A stretch of DNA of 64,000 nt, from IMG/VR virus record IMGVR_UViG_3300012953_000026, positions 1,797 to 65,796 of that record. One strand, 5' to 3'. Source of the DNA: a virus. Taxonomy: Duplodnaviria > Caudoviricetes. Numbering within the stretch: the stretch's first letter is position 1; each line of letters opens with the position of its first letter. Below, one piece after another: positions 54,035-63,562 of this stretch. The position numbers and the translations under genes are program-made. The notes under the pieces were generated by a model. It was not told the DNA's origin. It searched no databases and worked only from the letters and a program-made list of their open reading frames with translations.

Positions 54035-54523
54035 TTAGTACTGCAGTACGCAGTTATCAAACCTGATTGTAAGGGAAATTTCCGCGGGGTCTTCTGAACC
54101 ATAGTCCAGATCACCAAAACTTGCAGATTCAAGAAAGCAACCCTTGATATCCCAAAGCTCCACAACTGTTCCCACAGCGTCAAGCAGCTTGAGTTGGCAA
54201 TCTCTCTTATAGAAGTCTGCGTATCCTGATCGGCCAGATACGGACTCGAAATGTGTTCTCACCCACTCCATGACCTGCTGAGCACCTGAAGGTGCAATTG
54301 GATCATGAATCGTACAGCTGATTGCGTCAAACTTGGTCTTACCTGCGATATAGCGAGTCGAGTTCATGAATGGAATCTCGATGTTCGCCGTATTAATGGT
54401 AGGTCGGTTTGCTGTCTTAATTAGATAAGCATCGATACCTTCAATCGCAAAGACCCATCTAAACTTTCGTTTTGGTTCAAATTTGTTTGGCAACATGCTT
54501 GAGACATTTAATGTTTCGGCCAT
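54035..54523 (-). CDS. tail tube protein (T4 gp19-like)
   Basis: FEPKRKFRW, TANRP, IPFMN, TIHDPI and GDLDY...EISLTIRFD; directly downstream of the sheath. Confidence 0.9.
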   Translation of the reverse strand: MAETLNVSSMLPNKFEPKRKFRWVFAIEGIDAYLIKTANRPTINTANIEIPFMNSTRYIAGKTKFDAISCTIHDPIAPSGAQQVMEWVRTHFESVSGRSGYADFYKRDCQLKLLDAVGTVVELWDIKGCFLESASFGDLDYGSEDPAEISLTIRFDNCVLQY

Positions 54524-54544
54524 TTTTTTCTCCTAATCTCCTTT

Positions 54545-54551
54545 TAAATAT
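54545..54551 (-). promoter_or_regulatory. ATANTTA motif (candidate late promoter)
   Basis: ATATTTA 22 nt upstream of the tube gene, before a GGAG SD. Confidence 0.4.
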
Positions 54552-54559
54552 ACTCTAAA

Positions 54560-57500
54560 TTAGATTTCTGCACCTGCATTTGTAATAACAAAGTCAAGTG
54601 AAATAAATTCAACAGAACGTGTTGGCTGTAAGAATATCTTTCCACGTAGTGTGTTGTTCTCCACGTCCGTCTGTGTTGTTGTAGTCGTGTCTATCTTCAC
54701 AAGGAATCTATCAACACCCTGCTGCTGTTGAATCTGTCGTAAAATCGGATTCACTCTAGCAGAGAACCTTGCGAGAGTCGCCTCTCTGTTCGGTTCGAAG
54801 ATGAAACTGTTCGCCACTCTTCTAACTCTTCTACGTAGTTCGATAAGCAATCTACGTACGTTAACTCTATCGAGCGAGCTCTGTGTTCTAAGCAGTGTCT
54901 TTTGGCCGAATACCACAACTCCCTCAGTGTGTGGGAATGACGTAATCGGGTTAATATCAACATCATATAGAGAATCCAGATTATCGCGATTAAGCTTCAC
55001 TTGAGTCTCAGCCACGTTGGCCATAGCGCCTCGTGTAAAGCCCGCTGGTGCAAACCATGGGTGTGCCAACTGGTCATTAAGGGAGAAGGCTCCCAGGACC
55101 GGTACAGATGGCGGAACCTGGATGTTTTGACCTGTCGATGGGTCGCTTAAAATCACATCAGGAAAATAGGCAGCTGCAAAGCTCGTATCTAAGACTCTGT
55201 TATTGAATCTCTGAACTGTATTTGTAACACTAACTTTCTGCATTGAGCCTGTAACCACTGTGTTCTCAGTATCATACACGATCGCGTCCATGATATACAT
55301 GGCGTCGAATCTTTCTTCGACAGCATCGATCGCTCTATCAGTTACCAGCGACTGCCTGATGCCTGGAATTGCAAGAAGCTGGATATCTACATCGCTTCTT
55401 TCAGCCAGCACATCAATCGCCCTCATGTATGTCGCGGCGGTTGCACCGTCCTTACCACCCTGCTTTTCAGAATCGCTAACTTCTCTCATTACGGCAACAT
55501 CAGAAAGAGCGGCTTTTTCTTTATCGAAAATTTCTACTCCGTCGAATCCACCAGCGACGTGAACATTGTACTTAAGGTACCGTCTAACTGATCCTAAGTC
55601 CAAGTCTCCTTGCGCGTTCAAGAATCTTGTCCTAAGACCAGCAGAGTTACCATCTACATCTTTGATGCTCAGGTCTAAAACGGCGTTTCTTCGGTAAGAA
55701 GCTGCAGCCCACTCTGCGGAGTCTGGATTACCAGAGCTTGCAGTTAAGACCTGGATATTCTCCAGGGTAAACTTGTTGTTATTGTAAGAGTCGGCAGCAG
55801 CCGAGCCTTTCCTTGCGGATACCAAAGACAGCGAGTCTTGATCAAAGTCTGGGAAGTATTTTGTCCAAGACCTAGATGAACCCACCAGCTTGCTATTCTT
55901 GTTTGGTTCAACTGAATAATCATCAGCCTCAAACTGGACACCCCAGTTCAGAGCCGAAACCACTCTCTTCTTTGGCGTTACCCCAACAGCCAGTGATCTT
56001 CGCATTGGAAGAGGCGGAGCAATCACTGACTGAACAGCTACGTTAGATGAGTCTAATAAAGCTGCGCCAGCAGTATCTACAACAGTAGGAGCATGCAGCG
56101 CCTGGGCATTATCGATATTCAACTTCTGTGGACCTCTAAAGCCAAACGGCAGAGCCGTTGGATCGGTAATGCCGGTCTCAACATCAGCTTCTACCTCAAC
56201 CCTAATATAATTCGAGTTGTTAGCAAATTTCCCAGAAAGAGTCAGCTTTTGTCCACCGGCTCGTTTATCGAAATCGTAGAACAATCTTTGATCACCGATG
56301 ATTCTAGAAATAAATCTTTCAGAATTTGGATCCAGATTTAGGCTGGAGTATCGTTCCAGAACAACTGGCTCACGGTCGTTATCATCGAACTTTCTTACAA
56401 GAAGATCAAAGGTACCATAGCGATTTTTGTCTGATTGTGATCTTCTTAAATTCTCAATCGTTAATTTGTAAACGCTGTTCCCACCCGCACCGTCATCTAG
56501 TGAGTGAACCCTAAAGAGCGGTTGGTTAACTCCACCAAACTTCTGTGATATAAAAGTTGGGGAGACCGCGGTACGAAATCTGTCAGAAAAAGATTCAGCA
56601 TTCGCTCTATCAGCTTTACCAGTGTTTCTTTCTGCCTTGGTCGGTAGAAGAAAAGCGATGTCTGTACCTGCTTGACCTGCAGTGGTCAAGTATGGGTTAG
56701 CAGTGCCGACTGGGGTTGCGTATGTACTAAACACGTCGTAATTAACATGTAAGTAGTGGCCCGCTGTCTGGATTGCTTGAGGATCAGTATTGAATACATT
56801 CGGAAAATAATTGGATGACTGTGGATCAAATGACGCAGTCAGAGCGCTTGGATAAGCAGCTGTTGGTTTATGACCATTCAAGATCATAATAAATTCTTGC
56901 TTGCCATCCGAAGTCGTTACATTACCCAAATGAGACCCGCCGTTATCGACGCCTTGAACACTTGGTGTAATACCCATAGACGCAGTGACGGAACTCGCTG
57001 CCATTTGGAGCACCGAATCAGATCCTCCAGTAAAGACAGTTGGAATCTCTGCTTCGGAGCGTACTACGTCTGTAGCAATAACTCGGTTTCCGGCGGCGCC
57101 TGGAGCAACCATACCTAGAGTGACCGAGTCGCCTTGAGCAATAGCCCTAATTGTTCCGAACTTGCCACCGTGACCGCCATTACTGTTAATCATCTTAGCA
57201 AGACTTGCCGCCGTTGAAGCAGCTGTACCTCCTCTCGCGAAGGTGAGAGTGCCATCGTCGGTGGCGTCTTCGGCGTCTGCGGTGTCGTAGTTGATCACGT
57301 TTGTGCCATCTGTCAATGTAATTCTTTTGCCGGTGGTGGTTGTGGCGGTGAGAAACTTAATTACCGCGGTGGCGGTACCCTTCAATCCAGCTTTACCAAC
57401 CGGTGCGTTGTTTATTGCCGCCCGGGCAGATGATAGAGCCGGTACGACACCGGATGGATACATAAGGACACCACGAAGAACGTTGGCATACTTGTCACCA

Positions 57501-58900
57501 TTACCGCCGCCATCAGCAGCGCCTGTGCCGGCTTCTGAGAATATTCTCTCGCCTGCTCCACCTGAGAAGGCTGGAATCGTAAAGCCTGCGATACTATCTC
57601 CGCCAGCAGCTGCTCTCATCACGATCGGAGTATTACCTGTGCGACCTTTAGCTGTTTGCGTCAAAGTAATCACCGTCGCGGAAGTCGCGGCGACTGTTAA
57701 TCCAGGTTGCTTCGCATCTATTTGAGTGCGTAGAGCAACATGAGTGTCGTTCCCGGCGGCGACAATCTCAACCGCTACCCCTCCAACTCTCGAATCGCCT
57801 GCAGCCAGTGCAGTGCCGGCATTTACCAGCACATCTCCCGCAACCAGGACATCACCGTCAGTGTGACCTGCATTATCATTAACAAACACATACTGAGTGG
57901 TTTGTCCGTCAGTTGTGGTTATCTTAATGGAATCGCCGACAGATGGCTGAATGCCTACCGCGGCTCTTGTTATTGTTGTTGAAGCCGCGGCGGAGGCGGT
58001 TTCTTTCATTAAGACACTCAAGAAGTGTGTTCGACCAGGAACAGCGTTGGCGTCGATGCCACCAGAAAATTGACCTTCGGTTTCTCCGCGAGGGAGAGTA
58101 ACAGTCAGGTGGTCGTCGTCTATATTCTTTATTATGTGAGCATTACCAGCAGCGCCACCAGTCTTCTGCGTTAATAAAATTGCATGGTCGTCAGCATTAC
58201 CAGCGCTGCCCGAAGCGTCTGATGCGTCTATATCAATTGTGTGGGAATCAATCGCTTCCACAATTTTAGCAGAAATAGCGTCGGCATGGGCAGCGTTATT
58301 AAGGTTGATAGTCGCGTTACCAGTGGTGGCAGATGGGTTGGCAGCGTTGGCGCTTGCGAACGTAAACACAACCGTCGTGCCGGCAGAGTCCGTAAGTGTT
58401 AAGGTTTCACCGGCGATATCACCATGGGCCGCACCCGCTTTGACCGTAATGGTTGCCGTCGCGGATTGAGCCGCCCTTGTCGTACCTGCCTTTGTATTCG
58501 GTCCAATTCGGCCCGTATCAGGATTAACAATCTCGGAACCAACAACGAAACCAGCGTTCTTGACCGCACCGGCGGCAATTGCGTTACCCCGTGAGTCCGA
58601 ACCAGCGACGTCTAGACGAGCCTTACCGTCACCAGCACCAAGAACCTTTAAATAAAGGCCAGCGCGCGCGTTTGAAAACCATTCTCGTAAAGCCATCGGG
58701 CCAAATTTGTCTGGGCCAACGGCGCCAAACTCAGCCACAAACTCTGAGAGGTTTGCAAATACGAGAGGAACGAAGGCACGACCCTTGGCGGATGTACCAA
58801 TAACGCCAGCCGGCGTTCCAACCGGGCCAACTCTAGAAGGACCAGAAAGGTCGATCTCTCTAGTGCTTACACCTGGACTTTTAAATGTCAGTTCTGCCAT
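54560..58900 (-). CDS. tail sheath protein 2 (1446 aa) with three inserted domains
   Basis: SPGVSTREIDLS; C-terminal WFAPAGFTRG, INPI..F, VFGQKTL, LDRVNVRRLL, FEPN and EFISLDF. Confidence 0.92.
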   Translation of the reverse strand: MAELTFKSPGVSTREIDLSGPSRVGPVGTPAGVIGTSAKGRAFVPLVFANLSEFVAEFGAVGPDKFGPMALREWFSNARAGLYLKVLGAGDGKARLDVAGSDSRGNAIAAGAVKNAGFVVGSEIVNPDTGRIGPNTKAGTTRAAQSATATITVKAGAAHGDIAGETLTLTDSAGTTVVFTFASANAANPSATTGNATINLNNAAHADAISAKIVEAIDSHTIDIDASDASGSAGNADDHAILLTQKTGGAAGNAHIIKNIDDDHLTVTLPRGETEGQFSGGIDANAVPGRTHFLSVLMKETASAAASTTITRAAVGIQPSVGDSIKITTTDGQTTQYVFVNDNAGHTDGDVLVAGDVLVNAGTALAAGDSRVGGVAVEIVAAGNDTHVALRTQIDAKQPGLTVAATSATVITLTQTAKGRTGNTPIVMRAAAGGDSIAGFTIPAFSGGAGERIFSEAGTGAADGGGNGDKYANVLRGVLMYPSGVVPALSSARAAINNAPVGKAGLKGTATAVIKFLTATTTTGKRITLTDGTNVINYDTADAEDATDDGTLTFARGGTAASTAASLAKMINSNGGHGGKFGTIRAIAQGDSVTLGMVAPGAAGNRVIATDVVRSEAEIPTVFTGGSDSVLQMAASSVTASMGITPSVQGVDNGGSHLGNVTTSDGKQEFIMILNGHKPTAAYPSALTASFDPQSSNYFPNVFNTDPQAIQTAGHYLHVNYDVFSTYATPVGTANPYLTTAGQAGTDIAFLLPTKAERNTGKADRANAESFSDRFRTAVSPTFISQKFGGVNQPLFRVHSLDDGAGGNSVYKLTIENLRRSQSDKNRYGTFDLLVRKFDDNDREPVVLERYSSLNLDPNSERFISRIIGDQRLFYDFDKRAGGQKLTLSGKFANNSNYIRVEVEADVETGITDPTALPFGFRGPQKLNIDNAQALHAPTVVDTAGAALLDSSNVAVQSVIAPPLPMRRSLAVGVTPKKRVVSALNWGVQFEADDYSVEPNKNSKLVGSSRSWTKYFPDFDQDSLSLVSARKGSAAADSYNNNKFTLENIQVLTASSGNPDSAEWAAASYRRNAVLDLSIKDVDGNSAGLRTRFLNAQGDLDLGSVRRYLKYNVHVAGGFDGVEIFDKEKAALSDVAVMREVSDSEKQGGKDGATAATYMRAIDVLAERSDVDIQLLAIPGIRQSLVTDRAIDAVEERFDAMYIMDAIVYDTENTVVTGSMQKVSVTNTVQRFNNRVLDTSFAAAYFPDVILSDPSTGQNIQVPPSVPVLGAFSLNDQLAHPWFAPAGFTRGAMANVAETQVKLNRDNLDSLYDVDINPITSFPHTEGVVVFGQKTLLRTQSSLDRVNVRRLLIELRRRVRRVANSFIFEPNREATLARFSARVNPILRQIQQQQGVDRFLVKIDTTTTTQTDVENNTLRGKIFLQPTRSVEFISLDFVITNAGAEI

Positions 58901-58924
58901 TTGTTAACTTCTCCTGTTATACTC

Positions 58925-61900
58925 TTATTCAAAAGAAACTCCACTATTAGTTATCACGAAATCAATCGCGATGAACTCGATTGCTCTGGTCGGTACAACG
59001 ACGATGCGACCATTCAATCTATTATTCTCAACATCTTGCGGACTATTATTCGAATCATCCATTACGACTCTGAAGCTGTCGATACCCGCTTGGGCCTGGA
59101 CAGTCGCCAATAATGGAGTTACCAAGTTAATAAACCGAGCTCTTGTCTCAGCGTTGTTTGGTTCGAATAATAATCTTTGTGCGATGCCTGTAATCAACCT
59201 CTTAATTTCTAGAAGTAATCTTCTTACGTTCACTCTATCCAGAGCGCTCTTAGCCATCTGTAATGTCTTCTGGCCGAAGATTACAAATCCACCATTGGGG
59301 AAATTTGCGATCGGATTGATTCGGGCATCATAAAGTTCGTCTCTGTCACCAGCTGTCAACCTTACGTCGACGTTGGTTACATTATCCAGAGCGCCTCGAT
59401 TAAAACCAGCAGGAGCAAACCATGGGAATGATACCGAATCGCTGAATGCCAATGCTTTCATGGCAGCCACCGAGGCAGGTAATGCAACCTGGGTTGAGTT
59501 TGAATCATCTGCTAACACAACGTCTGGAAAGTAAGCCGCTGTGTAATTGTTATCGATTACTCTGGATGAAAGCTGTTCCGAAGTTTCTCTAATGTCCGGG
59601 ACAGACTTTCTTAGTTTTGTAAACGCTGTTCTATCCTCAGTACCAAACAAGCGAGTGGCATCTTCGGAGAAAGCTGGGATATCCATCAAGTAGAGTGCCA
59701 ATGAGTACTCTCGAGTTCTTTCAGACGCGAAATCTGTTACGAAAGAATCTCTGATATCTGGGATAGCCAATATGTTATGTCTTACTGTCATCGGGTCGGT
59801 CATGATTGAAACAGCCTGTCGATAAGAAATAACCATGCTGTTATTCTTACCTGAGCCAGGAGCTCCAGCGTTCAACCCGGTGTTTGCTGCGAAAGCGCTA
59901 TTGAACTCGACAGATGCTTTACCCTCAAATCCTGAAGGAGCGTCTGATGATGTGCTTCTGTCATTCATCAACGATGAGTCCTTATCGAGGACGTTCAAGC
60001 CGTCAAACCCGCCAAAGAGCGGTAGGGTAAATTTATTATAAGCTACGAAACGATTGAATCTGACTGATGAGCTATTCAAGAGGGTCGCCATTGAAACGCG
60101 ACCAGCGTAGCTACCGTCTTGGATTGTATAATCGCTGGTGTTTACCACACCATGGCGTAAATACACAGCTTCCAGCATATGCTCCTTGGCGGAGCCTGTA
60201 ACGTACTGAGCGATGGTCTGAGGAGTTGAACCTGTTGAATTCAATACGACTCTCGCGAGGGTAAACTTATTTGAGTTGAAGGCGTCAACCGCAGAACCTG
60301 ATAATAGAGCTCCTGTCTTAGCTAGCCCCTGGAATTTTGTGTAACCAGCGATCAGATCGTTGAACGCCTCACCTGCGTTAGGGTTTCTAGAAGCCCCGGC
60401 CACAGAAGCAGTTCTTGGCATCTTGGCGGACTTCATACCCCAATATAATTTGGAATCTACTTTCTCCGTTAATGCCGGATCACCCGATGGTGTTGCTGCA
60501 GCGAATTCAGATACCGCCCTTGTTTGCCCGCGGGTAAGCTTGTACCGAAGAGGAAACGGAGGGAAGATAGGAGAGTTGAGGGTTACACTTGCTCGGTCGT
60601 CAAAATCGACCAACGGCGCCATGTGAATTCGGCAAAGAGATGACGTTCTAGACTTGAGAGCGGCATGCTTTAGCGTTCCTGCTGTAGCGTTGTCCCCTAC
60701 TGCGACTGCATTTCCGATTGGGCCTGATGAACCTGTAAGAGCTAGAGTAGCATTGTCTGTAAGCGACTCAGATGTCTTAAGAACAGGAATACCTCTAAAA
60801 CCGAATGGTAAGGACTCAGCAGGGATTTCTCCTCGCTCGTACTTGTCGCTCATAACCACTCTAACATGAAGAGAACGGTTAGGATATTTACCTGAAACAA
60901 TCAAACGACGTTCTTCTTCTAAGTCGGCGTCAAAATTAAACTGTGCTTTGTAATCGCCAATCTTTCTAGCGACAAAATCTTCAGAGTTTGGATCCAGTGT
61001 GCAGCCTGGGTAGGATTCAAGTATCTCAGGATCAGTGTCCAGATCTCTTAATTTACGGACCTGGACTTCGAATGTGCCATAAGGCTGCTTTGGATCAAGT
61101 GACGCTTTGATATTTGCGATACTGACCTTGACGTCTTTATTTCCAGCCTCACCGTCAGATAGAGACTCAAAATGCATAAGATCAAACTCTTGAGATCCAA
61201 AAGGCTGACTGATAATTGCTGGTGAGCGTGCGGTTGAGTATCGTGTGTCAAGGCGGCCCATTGTAGAATGGACTTTAGCATCGTCTCCAGTAAAAGGAGA
61301 ATCTGCAATCGCTTTTGTTGATGCAGTTGAAACAAACACGCTAGTAGCCGAAGCTAACTCATTCTCGACTGGAAGGTCAAGGTATAGTAAGTGCTTTTCT
61401 TCCAAAAACTTGTGCGGGTTTGTGTTCAGCACTTTAGAAATGTAAGAAGGATGCTCAGGATCAAGACTAGCCTTTGTGTTCTTGACAACGGCGTTGGTAG
61501 CGTCTAAAATTACTAACCTGAACTCCGATAGGATCACAGCTGCTTTTACATCGGTTTGGACCTCTTGGCCGGTGAGAGTAAAAGACTCCGTGACGCCCAT
61601 ACAGATCAAACGGTGATCTTTCGAAGTGTAAACAACACCTCTTAAGAGCTGAGTTTGGTTTGCAGCAGTAACACTGTCATTCTGAACGAATATCGGATAA
61701 GACTCGCGGGCTTCTTGAGAAGCGCCGGCAACGTTAGTGGAATGAGTTGCTGTAATCAGGTTTACACCACCGCGTACATATAGCCCAGCCAGGTTGCCGG
61801 TATCATCCTCGGCGTTGGCTTCGTTAATGTTCTTTCTGTCAGAATTTGCGTCCTCAGCAGACTCAATACCTTTGATTCTGAAACCAGCCCCTTTTACAGC

Positions 61901-62212
61901 ACCTGATGTTCTTGTGGCATCGCGATCGGCAGCGGTGAGGTTACCACCTGCGCCCAGAACCCTCATGAAAGTCAGAGCTCTTTTATTCTTTAGGAATTCG
62001 AACGCAGCATAAACAGCTGGACGATCGGGGTCAAGGCCCCCGAATCTGTTAACGAAATCTGTGAAATCACCGACGGTTACCGGTACAAAGGCGGGCCCTT
62101 TTGCTGAGGTACCAATTACACCGCCAGGTACTCCAGAAACTGTTTGGCGCCGTGCCGCAAGGTCAATTTCCCTTTCAAAAAATCCGGGGGATCTGAATGT
62201 TTGCTCTGCCAT
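58925..62212 (-). CDS. tail sheath protein 1 (1095 aa)
   Basis: SPGFFEREIDL; WFAPAGFNRG, INPIANF, FGQKTLQ, LDRVNVRRLL, FEPN and EFIAIDF. Confidence 0.92.
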   Translation of the reverse strand: MAEQTFRSPGFFEREIDLAARRQTVSGVPGGVIGTSAKGPAFVPVTVGDFTDFVNRFGGLDPDRPAVYAAFEFLKNKRALTFMRVLGAGGNLTAADRDATRTSGAVKGAGFRIKGIESAEDANSDRKNINEANAEDDTGNLAGLYVRGGVNLITATHSTNVAGASQEARESYPIFVQNDSVTAANQTQLLRGVVYTSKDHRLICMGVTESFTLTGQEVQTDVKAAVILSEFRLVILDATNAVVKNTKASLDPEHPSYISKVLNTNPHKFLEEKHLLYLDLPVENELASATSVFVSTASTKAIADSPFTGDDAKVHSTMGRLDTRYSTARSPAIISQPFGSQEFDLMHFESLSDGEAGNKDVKVSIANIKASLDPKQPYGTFEVQVRKLRDLDTDPEILESYPGCTLDPNSEDFVARKIGDYKAQFNFDADLEEERRLIVSGKYPNRSLHVRVVMSDKYERGEIPAESLPFGFRGIPVLKTSESLTDNATLALTGSSGPIGNAVAVGDNATAGTLKHAALKSRTSSLCRIHMAPLVDFDDRASVTLNSPIFPPFPLRYKLTRGQTRAVSEFAAATPSGDPALTEKVDSKLYWGMKSAKMPRTASVAGASRNPNAGEAFNDLIAGYTKFQGLAKTGALLSGSAVDAFNSNKFTLARVVLNSTGSTPQTIAQYVTGSAKEHMLEAVYLRHGVVNTSDYTIQDGSYAGRVSMATLLNSSSVRFNRFVAYNKFTLPLFGGFDGLNVLDKDSSLMNDRSTSSDAPSGFEGKASVEFNSAFAANTGLNAGAPGSGKNNSMVISYRQAVSIMTDPMTVRHNILAIPDIRDSFVTDFASERTREYSLALYLMDIPAFSEDATRLFGTEDRTAFTKLRKSVPDIRETSEQLSSRVIDNNYTAAYFPDVVLADDSNSTQVALPASVAAMKALAFSDSVSFPWFAPAGFNRGALDNVTNVDVRLTAGDRDELYDARINPIANFPNGGFVIFGQKTLQMAKSALDRVNVRRLLLEIKRLITGIAQRLLFEPNNAETRARFINLVTPLLATVQAQAGIDSFRVVMDDSNNSPQDVENNRLNGRIVVVPTRAIEFIAIDFVITNSGVSFE

Positions 62213-62252
62213 ATTATGGATTCTCCTGTGATTTACTTATGCAACCACATAA

Positions 62253-62259
62253 TAACTAT
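62253..62259 (-). promoter_or_regulatory. ATANTTA motif (candidate late promoter)
   Basis: ATAGTTA about 40 nt upstream of sheath 1. Confidence 0.35.
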
Positions 62260-62296
62260 TTTCTAAAAACTCTAGTTTCTCGTGGTTCGTCATATT

Positions 62297-63562
62297 TTAT
62301 TTCTTAATTAGGTCTTCTAGTTTAATTATAAAGTCATATGCCCTCAAGACAGTCTCACCAGTTTTTCTGTTTTGATCGGCGACTCTTACTTCCACGTTGC
62401 GTTCTCTTCCTGTCACTGGATCACGACCCCTTACTTTTCGTAAAGTGCCTAGCGACCCTATATTATTATTTAATGTCGTAGTACCCAAAGAATCCAAATT
62501 ACTATCAATTTGTTGGTATATAGTTTCCGCAACGCCCCTCTTCGGCCCACCATCCAGCTCGTGTGTAAGATCACTTAACACATGATCTTCCGTTTTATTA
62601 GAGTCGACAACGGGTGTTACACCGGATCCCACAACATCAAACCCTTCGTGAACTGTAAATGAAATATTAGGAGCCGACACATATCTTCTTACCGGTGAGG
62701 GCTGACCAATTGATCTAGGAGCGACCAAGTAGGCGTGCACCCTCATATTAACAGTACATTTTACCAAGCGCTCATCTTCTGTAAAGTCATCGAAATTTAC
62801 GTCAGGAGAAAAGCCGTCTTCTACGAACCCAGTGAAATAATAACCCTTGTCAGTGTCCAGCCTAAAAGATGGACGGTTATTATTTGTATAGCCACCCATT
62901 AAGATGGTAAGCATGCTGTTCATCTGCTGAGTATATTGACACCAAAACGTAACTTCATAGGTAGCGTTATAGTGCTTTACTGGAGGTATTTCAAATATCT
63001 CAAAAATATTGTAGCCAATATTGGAGCCGATTAGAGGATTTGAAGGAGTTGGGTTTTCTATTCCCTCTTTAAGCATCTTAGCCCCGTCCTCTGATTCTCC
63101 GTCACCCGTCTCAAGCTTGGGCTGTTTGGCTAACTCATCGCTGTTCTTTATACCCTGCTTATTAACAAAGTTCTGAAATTCTGCATCCTCTGGCGCCAGG
63201 CGTCTTTTGACAATCAAGGGAACATTCTCGCCAATACCTTGAGCTTGCTCGACACCTGTTCTCATAATAGAAATAAGAGGTAAAATTAAAGCCGAAGATG
63301 AATCTCTTAGAGGTTTTTTTCTGGCCAGTAGAGCAAAGCGCTCACCTGTTGCAAAAATGACTGGTACCTTGATAGGCTTTTTGTTACTTTTAACAGTAAA
63401 GTTTATTTCATGCTCAAAAAGATTAAAGACAGAACGATCAACGTCCTCGATAGTGCATGAGGGAATGTCTAGTCCTGTTACTTGCTCACCCTCTTGGTAC
63501 CCCAAGTCTGCCTTACCACCGGCGCCTTTTTTAGCGTTATATCTAGTTGTCATAATCGTCAC
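62297..63562 (-). CDS. tail completion / sheath terminator-like protein (gp15-like)
   Basis: IEDVDRSV, VPVIFATGERF, LILPLISIMRT, YEVTFWCQY..QMN; upstream of the sheaths. Confidence 0.6.
   Translation of the reverse strand: MTIMTTRYNAKKGAGGKADLGYQEGEQVTGLDIPSCTIEDVDRSVFNLFEHEINFTVKSNKKPIKVPVIFATGERFALLARKKPLRDSSSALILPLISIMRTGVEQAQGIGENVPLIVKRRLAPEDAEFQNFVNKQGIKNSDELAKQPKLETGDGESEDGAKMLKEGIENPTPSNPLIGSNIGYNIFEIFEIPPVKHYNATYEVTFWCQYTQQMNSMLTILMGGYTNNNRPSFRLDTDKGYYFTGFVEDGFSPDVNFDDFTEDERLVKCTVNMRVHAYLVAPRSIGQPSPVRRYVSAPNISFTVHEGFDVVGSGVTPVVDSNKTEDHVLSDLTHELDGGPKRGVAETIYQQIDSNLDSLGTTTLNNNIGSLGTLRKVRGRDPVTGRERNVEVRVADQNRKTGETVLRAYDFIIKLEDLIKK

Noticed and set aside
54035-62212. Bacterial eCIS/tailocin or T6SS locus
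   Set aside because: It is contiguous with a long tape measure, neck genes and a complete phage replisome (gp32-like SSB, gp41-like helicase, RNR), so it is a phage tail.
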